Shown in pieces: positions 6,053 to 17,097 of a stretch of 33,489 bases of DNA. Position numbers and translations under genes: made by a program. The notes beneath the pieces are model-generated. The model was not told the DNA's origin, searched no databases, and saw nothing but the letters and a program-made list of their open reading frames with translations. Source of the DNA: Firmicutes bacterium UBA5496 (lineage in GTDB: Bacteria; Bacillota; Proteinivoracia; UBA4975); contig DIPE01000093.1 of assembly GCA_002427015.1 (NCBI GenBank), positions 1-33,489 of the forward strand. Direction: 5' to 3'. The first letter of the stretch is position 1. Each line of letters opens with the position of its first letter.

Positions 6053-8491
6053 TTATTCTTCCTCATCTTCCGGGACTAAGCTGGCTACAGCCACCACCGC
6101 ATCGCCGGTATCCAATTTGATCAATTTTACTCCTCGGGCCGGCCTGAGCAAGATCGAGATTCCATCGACTTTTTGCCTGATGAGCACGCCTTTTGCGGTG
6201 ACAATCATCAAGTCATCATCGGGAGTGACTATTTTGCCTGCAACCAAACTGCCGCTCTTGTCAGTAAGGCCGATAGATTTTACTCCCTTGCCTCCCCGGG
6301 CCTGGGCTTTAAATTCAGTGGTTTCTACCCGCTTGCCAAATCCCTCTTCGGTAATCAGCAAAATGTGGCCTTCCTGGCCCAGGGCAACCATCTCTACCAG
6401 CTCATCCCCTTTGCCCAGCCTGATGCCTCTAACGCCACGGGCGATGCGGCCCATGGGACGTATGTCCTCTTCATTAAAGCGAATGGCAAGTCCGTCCCTG
6501 GTAAAGAGCATAATCTCCTGATCCCCGCTGGTCAGCCTGACGCCGACAAGCTCATCTTTCTCCATCAGCTTGGTGGCGATGAGGCCGGAGCGCAGATTGG
6601 TGTCAAACTGATCCAAGCTGGTCTTTTTCACAAACCCGGTCCTGGTGGCCATCACCAAATAAATATCCGGTGAAAATTCCTGGACTTGAATGACTGCGCT
6701 GATCTTTTCACCAGGCCGCAAGGGAATGATGTTTATCAGGGCTGTGCCCCGGGCATTTCTGCTGGCTTCAGGGATTTCATAGACCTTTTTGCGGTACATC
6801 TGGCCATAGTTTGTGAAAAAGAGGATGTTCTTATGGGTTGAAGTGATGAAGAGGTGGGTGACAAAATCATCCTCCCGCTTATTTAAAGCGGCTACACCCC
6901 GCCCACCCCGGTTTTGGCTGCGATAGGTGTTGACAGGAATTCGTTTGATATAGCCCTGATGGGTAATGGTAATCACTACATCTTCATCGGCAATTAAATC
7001 CTCGATTTCAAATTCCCCATCCTTATTGACCACTCTGGTCCGGCGCTGATCTCCGTGTTTCTTTTCGATGTCCAGGAGCTCTTCCTTAATAATGGCATCG
7101 ATTTTTTTCGGGTCAGCCAGGATCTCTTTAAAGATGCGAATTTTTTCGGTGAGTTCGTCGAATTCCTGCTGGATTTTCTCTCTTTCCAGACCTGTCAGGC
7201 GATGGAGGCGCATATCAAGAATGGCCTGGGCCTGTATCTTGCTTAGGGGCAAATTGGCCATCAGGTTGACTCTGGCCTCTTCGGCATCTTGAGACTTGCG
7301 AATGATTGAGATTACCAGGTCTAGATTATCCAGGGCGATTTTAAAGCCCGCAAGGATATGGAGCCTTTCTTCCGCTTTATTTAAATCATACTGTGTCCTG
7401 CGGGTGATAATTTCTTGCTGATGAACCAGATAATAATAGAGCATTTCCCGCAAGGTGAGAACTGCAGGGTGATTGTTGACCAGGGCCAGCATATTGATGC
7501 CAAAGCTCTGCTGCAGCTGGGTGTACTTGTATAAATGATTGAGAACAATATGGGGGTTTGCGTCCCGCCGCAGCTCAATAACCACCCTCATCCCCTGGCG
7601 GTCTGTTTCATCCCGGAGGTCTGTAATACCTTCCAGTTTCTTGTCCCGGACCAAGTCAGCTATTTTTTCGATGAGTCTGGCCTTATTTACCTGGTAGGGC
7701 AACTCGGTGATGATCAGGATTTGCTTGCCGTTGGCCAGGGTTTCAATCCGCACTTCTCCCCGCAAGGTAATGGAGCCCTTGCCTGTGGTATATGCTTTTT
7801 TAATTCCTTCCCTGCCCAAGATTATGCCTGCGGTGGGAAAATCGGGCCCTTTGACATATTTCATCAGCTGTTCACTAGTGATGTCGGGGTTATCAATCAT
7901 AGCGTTAATCGCTGCCACCACTTCACCCAGGTTGTGAGGGGGAATATTTGTTGCCATGCCCACTGCTATGCCGGCAGTGCCATTGACCATAAGATTGGGA
8001 AAGCGGCTGGGCAGCACTTTGGGCTCTTGGAGAGTCTCATCAAAGTTGGGCATAAAATCCACGGTTTCCTTGTCAATATCCGCCAGCATCACCGTGGCCA
8101 GCTTAGTCATGCGCACCTCTGTATACCTCATGGCGGCAGCGGAATCCCCGTCCACAGAACCAAAGTTTCCGTGTCCGTCTACCAGGGGATACCTGATGGA
8201 GAAATCCTGGGCCATTCTCACCATAGTGTCATATAAAGCCACGTCACCGTGGGGATGGTACTTACCAAGGACTTCACCGACAATTCTCGCGGATTTTTTG
8301 TATCCCTTTGTGGGGCTGAGCCCCAGCTCGTTCATTGCATAAAGTATCCGCCGGTGCACCGGCTTTAATCCGTCCCTGACATCCGGCAGGGCCCGGGCTG
8401 TAATAACACTCATGGCGTAGTCCATAAAGGACTGTTTCATTTCGGTGCTTACTTCTCTGGGCAGAATTTTACCGTGAGTAAACTCTTTCAT
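6053..8491 (-). CDS. gyrA: DNA gyrase subunit A
   Basis: It is 812 aa with the AAMRYTE active-site Tyr region, a QRDR-like GDVALYD segment and C-terminal beta-pinwheel repeats. It lies downstream of gyrB. Confidence 0.97.
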   Translation of the reverse strand: MKEFTHGKILPREVSTEMKQSFMDYAMSVITARALPDVRDGLKPVHRRILYAMNELGLSPTKGYKKSARIVGEVLGKYHPHGDVALYDTMVRMAQDFSIRYPLVDGHGNFGSVDGDSAAAMRYTEVRMTKLATVMLADIDKETVDFMPNFDETLQEPKVLPSRFPNLMVNGTAGIAVGMATNIPPHNLGEVVAAINAMIDNPDITSEQLMKYVKGPDFPTAGIILGREGIKKAYTTGKGSITLRGEVRIETLANGKQILIITELPYQVNKARLIEKIADLVRDKKLEGITDLRDETDRQGMRVVIELRRDANPHIVLNHLYKYTQLQQSFGINMLALVNNHPAVLTLREMLYYYLVHQQEIITRRTQYDLNKAEERLHILAGFKIALDNLDLVISIIRKSQDAEEARVNLMANLPLSKIQAQAILDMRLHRLTGLEREKIQQEFDELTEKIRIFKEILADPKKIDAIIKEELLDIEKKHGDQRRTRVVNKDGEFEIEDLIADEDVVITITHQGYIKRIPVNTYRSQNRGGRGVAALNKREDDFVTHLFITSTHKNILFFTNYGQMYRKKVYEIPEASRNARGTALINIIPLRPGEKISAVIQVQEFSPDIYLVMATRTGFVKKTSLDQFDTNLRSGLIATKLMEKDELVGVRLTSGDQEIMLFTRDGLAIRFNEEDIRPMGRIARGVRGIRLGKGDELVEMVALGQEGHILLITEEGFGKRVETTEFKAQARGGKGVKSIGLTDKSGSLVAGKIVTPDDDLMIVTAKGVLIRQKVDGISILLRPARGVKLIKLDTGDAVVAVASLVPEDEEE

Positions 8492-8502
8492 GCGGCTCTC
8501 TC

Positions 8503-10428
<1,926 letters not shown>

Positions 10429-10698
10429 TTAGTCTGCCCTTGATAATACCCTGTTCCCCAAGGCAATGTAATTTTCCCATCGCCGCACCAGGGTTGCCCG
10501 GGACACAGGAGTAAGGAATATCTTGCCGTCTGTTATCACAATTGATTTTGTCTTGCCCTCAAGGATTACCACCTGACTGTTCCATTCGGAAAATGTCAGG
10601 AACTCCTTAAAGGAATCAAATTCCGATAGCCGGTAATCAAAGATGCCGATAATATCTCCTCCATACACCGAAACCTCTGCGCCCAAGTGCAAAAACAT
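10429..10698 (-). CDS. remB: DUF370 protein (RemB/YaaB-like)
   Basis: It occupies the conserved recF-gyrB slot. It starts MFLHLG...DIIGIFD like B. subtilis YaaB/RemB, and an AAAGGA SD precedes the internal ATG at 10698. Confidence 0.7.
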   Translation of the reverse strand: MFLHLGAEVSVYGGDIIGIFDYRLSEFDSFKEFLTFSEWNSQVVILEGKTKSIVITDGKIFLTPVSRATLVRRWENYIALGNRVLSRAD

Positions 10699-10702
10699 GT
10701 AA

Positions 10703-11782
10703 TCAAATCCTTTCACTGATCCTGCCTGCATCAATCCAATATGGAGTGACCATTGCCTTTGGCGGTAAAGGCTCGGCGCTGGAGATAAATGTCTGCACCC
10801 TGTCTGTCAAATATTCCAGGAGCAGATTCTTTCTGTCATCATCTAACTCAGAAAACACATCGTCCAAGAGGAGCAAGGGATATTCGTTGGTCTCTGCTTT
10901 AATGAGTTCAATCTCTGCAAGTTTAACAGACAGGACAGCTGTTCTCTGTTGTCCCTGGGAACCAAAGGCCCTTAAGTCAGAACCATTGATGATGAAAGAA
11001 AAATCATCTTTATGAGGCCCTACCAGAGTTGATTTATACCGCTGTTCCTGCAGCCTTGATTCTGCATATCTATCCAAGATCTCCTGACGGGAAAGACCGG
11101 GGCCAATAGACCAATTATACTTTAAATTCAGCTCCTCCATATTGCCGCTAAGTTTTCTGTGTTTCAGCCGGGCTAGAATGCTGAGTTTTTGCAGGTAGTC
11201 ATTTCTATGTTCGGCAATCGGCCCAGCAAACTCGGCAAGTTTTTCTGTAAGGACCTGTAAGAGTATTTTGTCCTGAACCCTGGATTTAAGGAGGGCATTG
11301 CGCTCCCGCAAATACTTTTTATAATTGCCCACGGCATAACGATAGGCTTTGCTGATCTGGCCGATTTCCAGATCAAGAAAACGCCGCCTTGCAGACGGTC
11401 CCCCTTTCACCAAGTAGAGGTCCTCAGGCATAAAAAAGACTGTATTTAACAGCCCGGAAACCTCTGCCAGGCGCTGCAGGGGAATGCCGTCAATCTTGTT
11501 CGCCCGCCTGCCATCACGAGCGCCTCCCATTTCAATGGTGTTTTTTATCTCTCCTCTGCAGAGTTCGCCTTTGAGATAAAAGTATTTGCCGCTCCAATTA
11601 ATTAATTCTTCAATTTTTGCAGTGCGGGGGGACTGGCCGCAGGATAAGAAGTATATCGCTTCCAGTAAATTCGTCTTTCCTTGACCATTATTTCCTAAAA
11701 ACAGGTTAATACCCGGGGAGAAACACACTTTTGTTTCTTTATAGTTTCGCCAGCCCTTGATGGAAATTGTTTTTAGATACAT
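10703..11782 (-). CDS. recF: DNA replication and repair protein RecF
   Basis: It has Walker A GNNGQGKTNLLEAI, an SMC-like signature GSQGQQRT and Walker B LLLLDDV. Confidence 0.95.
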   Translation of the reverse strand: MYLKTISIKGWRNYKETKVCFSPGINLFLGNNGQGKTNLLEAIYFLSCGQSPRTAKIEELINWSGKYFYLKGELCRGEIKNTIEMGGARDGRRANKIDGIPLQRLAEVSGLLNTVFFMPEDLYLVKGGPSARRRFLDLEIGQISKAYRYAVGNYKKYLRERNALLKSRVQDKILLQVLTEKLAEFAGPIAEHRNDYLQKLSILARLKHRKLSGNMEELNLKYNWSIGPGLSRQEILDRYAESRLQEQRYKSTLVGPHKDDFSFIINGSDLRAFGSQGQQRTAVLSVKLAEIELIKAETNEYPLLLLDDVFSELDDDRKNLLLEYLTDRVQTFISSAEPLPPKAMVTPYWIDAGRISERI

Positions 11783-11786
11783 AGTC

Positions 11787-11993
11787 TCACCTGGTTATCT
11801 TAAAGACAGCCTCGTTGACTTGTATGACATCCCCTGCATGTATTTTTTTCCCCCTCTGTGCAGTGGCTTCACCATTTACTGCGATTAAATTAGCGGCAAG
11901 AAAATCCTTTGCCTGGCCACCGGTATCTATCAGGCCTGCGAATTTAAGAAACTGACCCAGGGTTATATACTCAGTGTGAATTTTTATCTGCAT
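11787..11993 (-). CDS. yaaA: S4-domain RNA-binding protein YaaA
   Basis: This 68-aa protein sits in the conserved position between dnaN and recF. It has the S4-like segment LGQFLK...VNGE...RGKKI. Confidence 0.8.
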   Translation of the reverse strand: MQIKIHTEYITLGQFLKFAGLIDTGGQAKDFLAANLIAVNGEATAQRGKKIHAGDVIQVNEAVFKITR

Positions 11994-12001
11994 GCTCTCT
12001 C

Positions 12002-13117
12002 CTAACTTACCCGTACCGGCAATACAAGATGAAGGTGGTTATGCTCGCCCACAGGGCGAATCATACAGGGACTGAATTCGCCGGTCAAGTCAATGTTAAC
12101 TTCTTTGTCCTTAATATTTTTAAAACAGTCTAAAAGCAGGCGCACATTGAACCTGATTTCCACTGCCTCTCCTTCTACGCCGGCGTTGACAAAATCATCG
12201 ATGGTGCCGATATCCTGACTAAAAGCTAAGAGTTTTATCCCATTATCCCGGATATCAAGTTTAACAAGGTAATTGCCCCCATCCCGGACCAAAATCTCTG
12301 CTCTCTCTAAAGCTGCGGTAAAGGCATCGGCGTTGACTACTGCTGCGGTTTTAAAATTAGTGGGAATTATTTGTTGGTAAGGAGGGTATTTGCCTTCCAC
12401 CAGGCGGGAGGAGAGAACCAAGCCATTCATGTCAAAGGCTATGCTGGAATTATCCACATAAACAGCTACTTCCCGATCCAGATCAGGCTCAAGAATCTTA
12501 ATCAGCTCTTGAACTGCCCGGCCGGGGATTATCGCCTTAAGCTCTTGGGTTTCTTCGGTAACTGCCTGCCTAAAAGCAAGACGGTGCCCATCGGTAGCGA
12601 TAAACTTTAACTTGCCCCCCTCAATTTCCATAAGCAAGCCGGTTAAAACCGGCCTGGTATCTTCCCTGGCCATGGCAACTTCCGTCTGAGTGAGCATTTC
12701 CCGCAATAGTCCTTCTTTGACTGCGATGTTAACAGCGCCCTCTTTTACAGTGGGCAAGTTGGGAAATTCTTCGGAAGCAAAACCCGATAACTCAAATTTA
12801 ATTTGGTTACAATTTATACGTACCCTCAGGGGGTTTTCCGGATCGGTTGTAATCTCAATCAAACCGTCAGGCAGCTTTCTGACAAACTCTGTAAGCAGTT
12901 TTGCCGGCAGGACAATTGCTCCATGTTCCACTACCTTTGTTTCCACCTGACAGGTTATGCCGAATTCTAAATCTGTAGCACTTAAGATTAAGCCATGTTC
13001 TCCTGTTTCAAACAAAATTCCCTTGAGGTTTGGCAGCGGGGATTTAAGTGCAACTGCTCTTTGGGCCAAACCCAAGGCTGCAGCCAGTACGCTTTTTTCG
13101 CAAACTATATTCATCAT
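12002..13117 (-). CDS. dnaN: DNA polymerase III beta sliding clamp
   Basis: The roughly 370-aa three-domain clamp lies directly downstream of dnaA. The second ATG (13114) has better spacing to the GGAGGG SD. Confidence 0.95.
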   Translation of the reverse strand: MMNIVCEKSVLAAALGLAQRAVALKSPLPNLKGILFETGEHGLILSATDLEFGITCQVETKVVEHGAIVLPAKLLTEFVRKLPDGLIEITTDPENPLRVRINCNQIKFELSGFASEEFPNLPTVKEGAVNIAVKEGLLREMLTQTEVAMAREDTRPVLTGLLMEIEGGKLKFIATDGHRLAFRQAVTEETQELKAIIPGRAVQELIKILEPDLDREVAVYVDNSSIAFDMNGLVLSSRLVEGKYPPYQQIIPTNFKTAAVVNADAFTAALERAEILVRDGGNYLVKLDIRDNGIKLLAFSQDIGTIDDFVNAGVEGEAVEIRFNVRLLLDCFKNIKDKEVNIDLTGEFSPCMIRPVGEHNHLHLVLPVRVS

Positions 13118-13301
13118 TTTCCCTCCACGCGGAATATTTTTTTTGTCTATATAATATATTTATATTTGTACTCGTAGTCTTATTAATGGCCTGTGAATTT
13201 GTGGATATATGGGCTTTTGAATTCTTCCCCAGGCCTTTTCACTTGGGAACAAACTGTGGAAAAAACCAATAATCTCTCCACATTATCCACATATCCACAA
13301 A
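13118..13301. promoter_or_regulatory. oriC, dnaA-dnaN intergenic half (DnaA boxes plus AT-rich DUE)
   Basis: DnaA boxes: TTATCCACA at 13283-13291 (perfect), ATATCCACA at 13291-13299, TGTGGAAAA at 13255-13263 and TGTGGATAT at 13200-13208. The stretch 13133-13170 is 35/38 A/T. Confidence 0.8.
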
Positions 13302-14615
13302 TTAGCTGCGCAAAAGTTTTTTTATTGCTTCAACTTGATGGGCAATATTTGGGTTGGTTTCGATGCTGGAGCGGACCTTATCCTGGGCATGCATAACTGT
13401 GGTATGATCCCGGCCGCCAAATTCTTCGCCTATCTTAGGCAAAGACAGATCCGTCAGCTCCCGGCAGAGATACATGGCTATTTGTCTTGGGTGCGCCACA
13501 GCGTTTGTTCTCTTTTTAGTTTTCATATCCTCAATGCGCAAATTAAAATACTCCGCAACTATCTTTTGGATTTTTTCCACATTCACAGGTTCATCTTCGG
13601 CGCTGGGCAACAGGTCTTTAAGGGTTTTTTCAATGAGAGATTCGTCAATCTCCTGGCCAGTCATGGAAGAGTAGGCTTTGATTCTGGTCAAGGCTCCTTC
13701 CAGCTCGCGAATATTAGTAGTAATTTTATTTGCCACCAGCAGAATATTGTCATCGCTGATATTGATATTTTCTATTGCCGCTTTCTTGCGCAGAATAGCC
13801 GCGCGAGTCTCTAAATCCGGTGGCTGGATATCGGTAATCAAGCCCCACTCAAAGCGGGAGCGAAGCCTGTCTTCCAGTGTGGGGATTTCTCGAGGCTGCC
13901 GGTCACTAGAGATGATAATTTGTTTATTATTTTCATGGAGGGCGTTAAAAGTGTGGAAGAATTCTTCCTGGGTGGATTCTTTGCCTGCAAGAAATTGAAT
14001 GTCATCGATGAGGAGCACGTCAATATTGCGGTATTTATTGCGAAATTCACCAGTGCGGTTATCCCGGATAGAGTTGATAAATTCATTGGTAAACTTTTCT
14101 GTAGAGAGATACACTACTTTAAAGCTGGGATAATGCCTGTGGACGAAATGTCCGATGGCATGCATAAGGTGGGTTTTGCCCAGGCCGACACCCCCATAGA
14201 TAAAGAGGGGGTTATAGGCTTTGGCCGGTGCTTCCGCCACAGCCAGGGCGGCGGCATGAGCAAATCTGTTGCTGTTGCCGATGACGAAGGATTCAAAAGT
14301 ATATTTGGGATTGAGTTGGGCAGAGCTAATTTCATCTCCCCTGGCAAAAGGTTCAGCCATTTTTGTGGCTGAGCCCACGATGAATGTGACATGAATTCTA
14401 GAGCCGGTGACTTCCTGTAGTACATCGCAGATTAACTGGGAGTATCTGTTTTCCAGCCATTCTTTCACGAAATCAGTAGGCACGCCGATTACCAGATTAT
14501 CGCCGATTCTACTGAGAGCCTCAGTTTCTTTGAGCCAGGTTTCAAAACTCGGACCGCTGATTCTCTGTTCAATTAGTTCCAGGGTTTTATTCCAGATATC
14601 TTTGAGCTCATTCAC
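13302..14615 (-). CDS. dnaA: Chromosomal replication initiator DnaA
   Basis: It has the AAA+ Walker [11 protein letters not shown], Walker B LLIDDIQF and a domain IV HTH region (DHTTVMHA). The start is GTG with AGGAGG 8 nt upstream. Confidence 0.97.
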   Translation of the reverse strand: MNELKDIWNKTLELIEQRISGPSFETWLKETEALSRIGDNLVIGVPTDFVKEWLENRYSQLICDVLQEVTGSRIHVTFIVGSATKMAEPFARGDEISSAQLNPKYTFESFVIGNSNRFAHAAALAVAEAPAKAYNPLFIYGGVGLGKTHLMHAIGHFVHRHYPSFKVVYLSTEKFTNEFINSIRDNRTGEFRNKYRNIDVLLIDDIQFLAGKESTQEEFFHTFNALHENNKQIIISSDRQPREIPTLEDRLRSRFEWGLITDIQPPDLETRAAILRKKAAIENINISDDNILLVANKITTNIRELEGALTRIKAYSSMTGQEIDESLIEKTLKDLLPSAEDEPVNVEKIQKIVAEYFNLRIEDMKTKKRTNAVAHPRQIAMYLCRELTDLSLPKIGEEFGGRDHTTVMHAQDKVRSSIETNPNIAHQVEAIKKLLRS

Positions 14616-14899
14616 AGATAAGACCTCCTATGCAGGCAAATAAATAAAAATGTGGATAACAGGGGCGTTACTTATCCACAGTTCTTGATAAAGAGTATGT
14701 ATTTTCCGGAAACTTTCCCCGGGGATATTGTGTATGAAGGCCAAGGGGATGGGCAAGTTATCCACATATTTATTAACAAGTTGTTAGTAACTGTACCCTT
14801 AATGTTGCTTTCAGGCCTGTTAATATCTAGTTTATCAAAATTATCCCCAGCCTGCAAGATAATTAATCCACATATCCCCAAATACATATTTCGTTTTTC
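14616..14899. promoter_or_regulatory. oriC, upstream half (DnaA-box cluster between dnaA and rpmH)
   Basis: Perfect boxes: TGTGGATAA at 14651-14659 and TTATCCACA at 14672-14680 and 14758-14766. One-mismatch boxes: TTATCCCCA at 14841-14849 and TAATCCACA at 14864-14872. Confidence 0.8.
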
Positions 14900-14928
14900 T
14901 TGACGGTACAATGGTTTTAGGGTATAAT
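14900..14928 (+). promoter_or_regulatory. Sigma-A promoter of rpmH-rnpA
   Basis: TTGACG (14900-14905), an exact 17-nt spacer, then TATAAT (14923-14928). It lies 33 nt upstream of the rpmH ATG. Confidence 0.7.
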
Positions 14929-14960
14929 TTCCGTCAGTGCAAATTAAGGGGGTGGACTCT

Positions 14961-15095
14961 ATGAAAATGACCTACCAACCCAAAGTCAGGCAAAGATCAA
15001 AAGTGCATGGTTTTCGTGCCCGCATGGCCTCCACAGCCGGCAGAAATGTTATTAAGCGTCGTCGCCGCAAAGGCAGAAAACAACTGACAGCGTAA
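14961..15095 (+). CDS. rpmH: 50S ribosomal protein L34 (44 aa; below the ORF-track cutoff)
   Basis: My own translation is [44 protein letters not shown]. An AAGGGGGTGG SD sits upstream, in the conserved position before rnpA. Confidence 0.9.
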   Translation: MKMTYQPKVRQRSKVHGFRARMASTAGRNVIKRRRRKGRKQLTA

Positions 15096-15118
15096 AAGGC
15101 CCAATACGCGGCCTTTTT
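15094..15118 (+). terminator. Weak hairpin plus T-run between rpmH and rnpA (possible attenuator)
   Basis: AAAAGGCC-caatacgc-GGCCTTTTT. The GC core is short (4 bp), so it is probably leaky. Confidence 0.3.
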
Positions 15119-15132
15119 GCGCCCTTAGGCTC

Positions 15133-15480
15133 ATGCTACAAAAAGCTAATCGTTTAAAAAAATCGACGGATTTCCACAGAGTATATAAGCACGGTGCATA
15201 TGTTGTTGCCAGGCAAATGGTCATATACTATTATCCCCTTAATAATGATGGAATAAGAGTGGGTTTTGTCGCAAGCAAAAAAGTCGGAAAAAGCGTTGAG
15301 CGCAGCCGCTGCAAACGCTTGCTCCGTGAATCCTTGCGCCGGCAGCTTCCCTTTTTGGTCCATGGCTATGATTTAGTGGTTGTTGCCAGACCTCCTTTGC
15401 GGGAAGAAGACTTTTCCAGCGTTTACAAGGTTATGGCCAGGCTGCTGCGCAAAGCCAGGCTCTTGCGGGAAGAGCCATGA
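15133..15480 (+). CDS. rnpA: Ribonuclease P protein component
   Basis: It is 115 aa and basic, with an RNR-like motif VERSRCKRLLRE. It follows rpmH. Confidence 0.9.
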   Translation: MLQKANRLKKSTDFHRVYKHGAYVVARQMVIYYYPLNNDGIRVGFVASKKVGKSVERSRCKRLLRESLRRQLPFLVHGYDLVVVARPPLREEDFSSVYKVMARLLRKARLLREEP

Positions 15481-15686
15481 GTAAAATCGCCATTGTTTTG
15501 ATCAAGGGTTATAGGCGCTTTATCTCTCCTTTCCTTGGCCAAAACTGCAGATTTCGGCCAACTTGTTCTGAATATGCCATTCAGGCTTATGAGAAGTATG
15601 GATTTTTTAAAGGATCGTACCTCACCCTGCGCCGGCTATTGCGCTGTCATCCCTTTTGTGCCGGTGGTTATGATCCTCTAAAATAA
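15477..15686 (+). CDS. yidD: Membrane protein insertion efficiency factor YidD
   Basis: It shows YRRFISPFLGQNCRFRPTCSEYA and a C-terminal HPF..GGYDP. Its ATGA start overlaps the rnpA stop. Confidence 0.9.
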   Translation: MSKIAIVLIKGYRRFISPFLGQNCRFRPTCSEYAIQAYEKYGFFKGSYLTLRRLLRCHPFCAGGYDPLK

Positions 15687-15701
15687 CTGGGGGGATTTAT
15701 A

Positions 15702-16406
15702 GTGGACTTTTTAAAGAATATTTTTGCCCAGATCTTGATTTTCTTCTACAATATCACCGCCGATTACGGACTAGCAATTATTCTGCTGACTTTGCTTGTG
15801 AGATTGGTTACTTTACCTTTGTCAATAAAGCAGATTAATTCCACCCGGGCCATGCAGAGAATTGCTCCCGAGCAAAAAAAACTGCAGGAAAAGTATAAAG
15901 ATAACCCGGATAAACTGAACAAGGAATTAATGGAACTGTATAAAGTCAATAAAGTCAGTCCTTTTGGCGGCTGTCTGCCTTTGCTTATTCAATTTCCTGT
16001 GCTCATTGCTGTTTTTGCTGTTTTAAAGGATCCTAAGATTATGTATGATGCCATCCCAGGCTTCAGTCCGCTTTTTGCCGGCGTCATCGACCTGAACAAA
16101 TCCTTTGCCGAACTAATCAAAGAAGGCACAGGGGTCACCGCTTATGTTATCCCTGCCATCATTCCGGTATTGTCGGCTGTAACCACTTATTTTCAATCCA
16201 AGCTGATGACTGCCGGACAGAAAACCGAGGCCCCGGGCATGGGAACCATGACTATGCTCATGCCCCTGATGATTCTTTTCTTTGGCTATAGCTTGCCTCA
16301 GGGCTTGCCTTTGTACTGGCTGGTGGGTAATATCTTTCAGATTGTCCAAAACCTGATTTTTAACCGGCCAGCAGCTGTCGCAGAACAAGGAGGCGAAGAG
16401 CAGTGA
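15702..16406 (+). CDS. yidC: YidC/Oxa1-family membrane insertase (SpoIIIJ-like)
   Basis: It is a short 234-aa Gram-positive type with LLVRLVTLPL, PEQKKLQEKYK, a GCLPLLIQFP-like segment and GLPLYW. Confidence 0.9.
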   Translation: MDFLKNIFAQILIFFYNITADYGLAIILLTLLVRLVTLPLSIKQINSTRAMQRIAPEQKKLQEKYKDNPDKLNKELMELYKVNKVSPFGGCLPLLIQFPVLIAVFAVLKDPKIMYDAIPGFSPLFAGVIDLNKSFAELIKEGTGVTAYVIPAIIPVLSAVTTYFQSKLMTAGQKTEAPGMGTMTMLMPLMILFFGYSLPQGLPLYWLVGNIFQIVQNLIFNRPAAVAEQGGEEQ

Positions 16407-17026
16407 AGGAAGTCACTGGCACCGGCAAAACTGTTGAAGAAGCAATCCAGGTTGCCCTGACTGAGTTAAATATTAACAGGGAAGATGCCGATATCACTAT
16501 TGTCGAGCTGCCTACCAAAGGTTTGTTGGGAATTCTGCCGGGGAAAAATGCCGTGGTGCATGTGCGTGAACAGTTTGATCCTGTGTTGTTTGCAGCCGAT
16601 TGGATGGAGCATATCTTAGAGAAAATGCGGATTAATGCCCGGGTTGGCGTCAGGTTTCAGGATGAGCGGATTGAACTTGATATTACCGGCAATAATATGG
16701 GTGTTTTAATTGGCAGGCGGGGACAAACTCTTGATGCCCTGCAGTATATCACCACCTTAGCCGTCAATAAAAAAACCGCTGATTTTGTGCCTGTGCAAGT
16801 AGATGCTGGCGGTTACAGAGAAAAACGCCGCCAGACCATTCAAAAGAATGCCCTGGCCGCCAAACAAAAGGCAGTCAAGTCAGGGCGCAAAATCGCCCTT
16901 GAGCCCATGAGTCCCGCAGAGCGCCGCTTGGTGCACATGGCTCTTAGCGACGACACCGATGTTGTAACTTACAGCATCGGCGAAGAACCTGGGCGCAGAG
17001 TTGTTATAGACTTGAAGCGAGATTAA
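16403..17026 (+). CDS. jag: Jag/KhpB-type RNA-binding protein (Jag_N, KH, R3H)
   Basis: Features: an N-terminal GKTVEEAI Jag_N domain, a KH-like GxxG (LIGRRGQTLDALQ) and a C-terminal R3H (ERRLVHMAL). Its GTGA start overlaps the yidC stop. Confidence 0.85.
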   Translation: MKEVTGTGKTVEEAIQVALTELNINREDADITIVELPTKGLLGILPGKNAVVHVREQFDPVLFAADWMEHILEKMRINARVGVRFQDERIELDITGNNMGVLIGRRGQTLDALQYITTLAVNKKTADFVPVQVDAGGYREKRRQTIQKNALAAKQKAVKSGRKIALEPMSPAERRLVHMALSDDTDVVTYSIGEEPGRRVVIDLKRD

Positions 17027-17053
17027 CCGGCCAAGGGGCCGGTTGTTGTTTTT
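17025..17053 (+). terminator. Rho-independent terminator after jag
   Basis: AACCGGCC-aagg-GGCCGGTT followed by GTTGTTTTT. A TGcTAGTAT extended -10 candidate at 17067-17075 follows, upstream of mnmE. Confidence 0.7.
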
Positions 17054-17097
17054 CCGGGTTTTTTTATGCTAGTATACTGGCAAAGGGAGGGCTTGTA

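Noticed and set aside
13209-13254. A GAATTC-centred partial dyad (CTTTTGAATTCTTCC) between DnaA boxes in the dnaA-dnaN spacer, considered as a regulator site.
   Set aside because: The palindrome does not extend beyond the 6-bp EcoRI-like core, so it is indistinguishable from chance.
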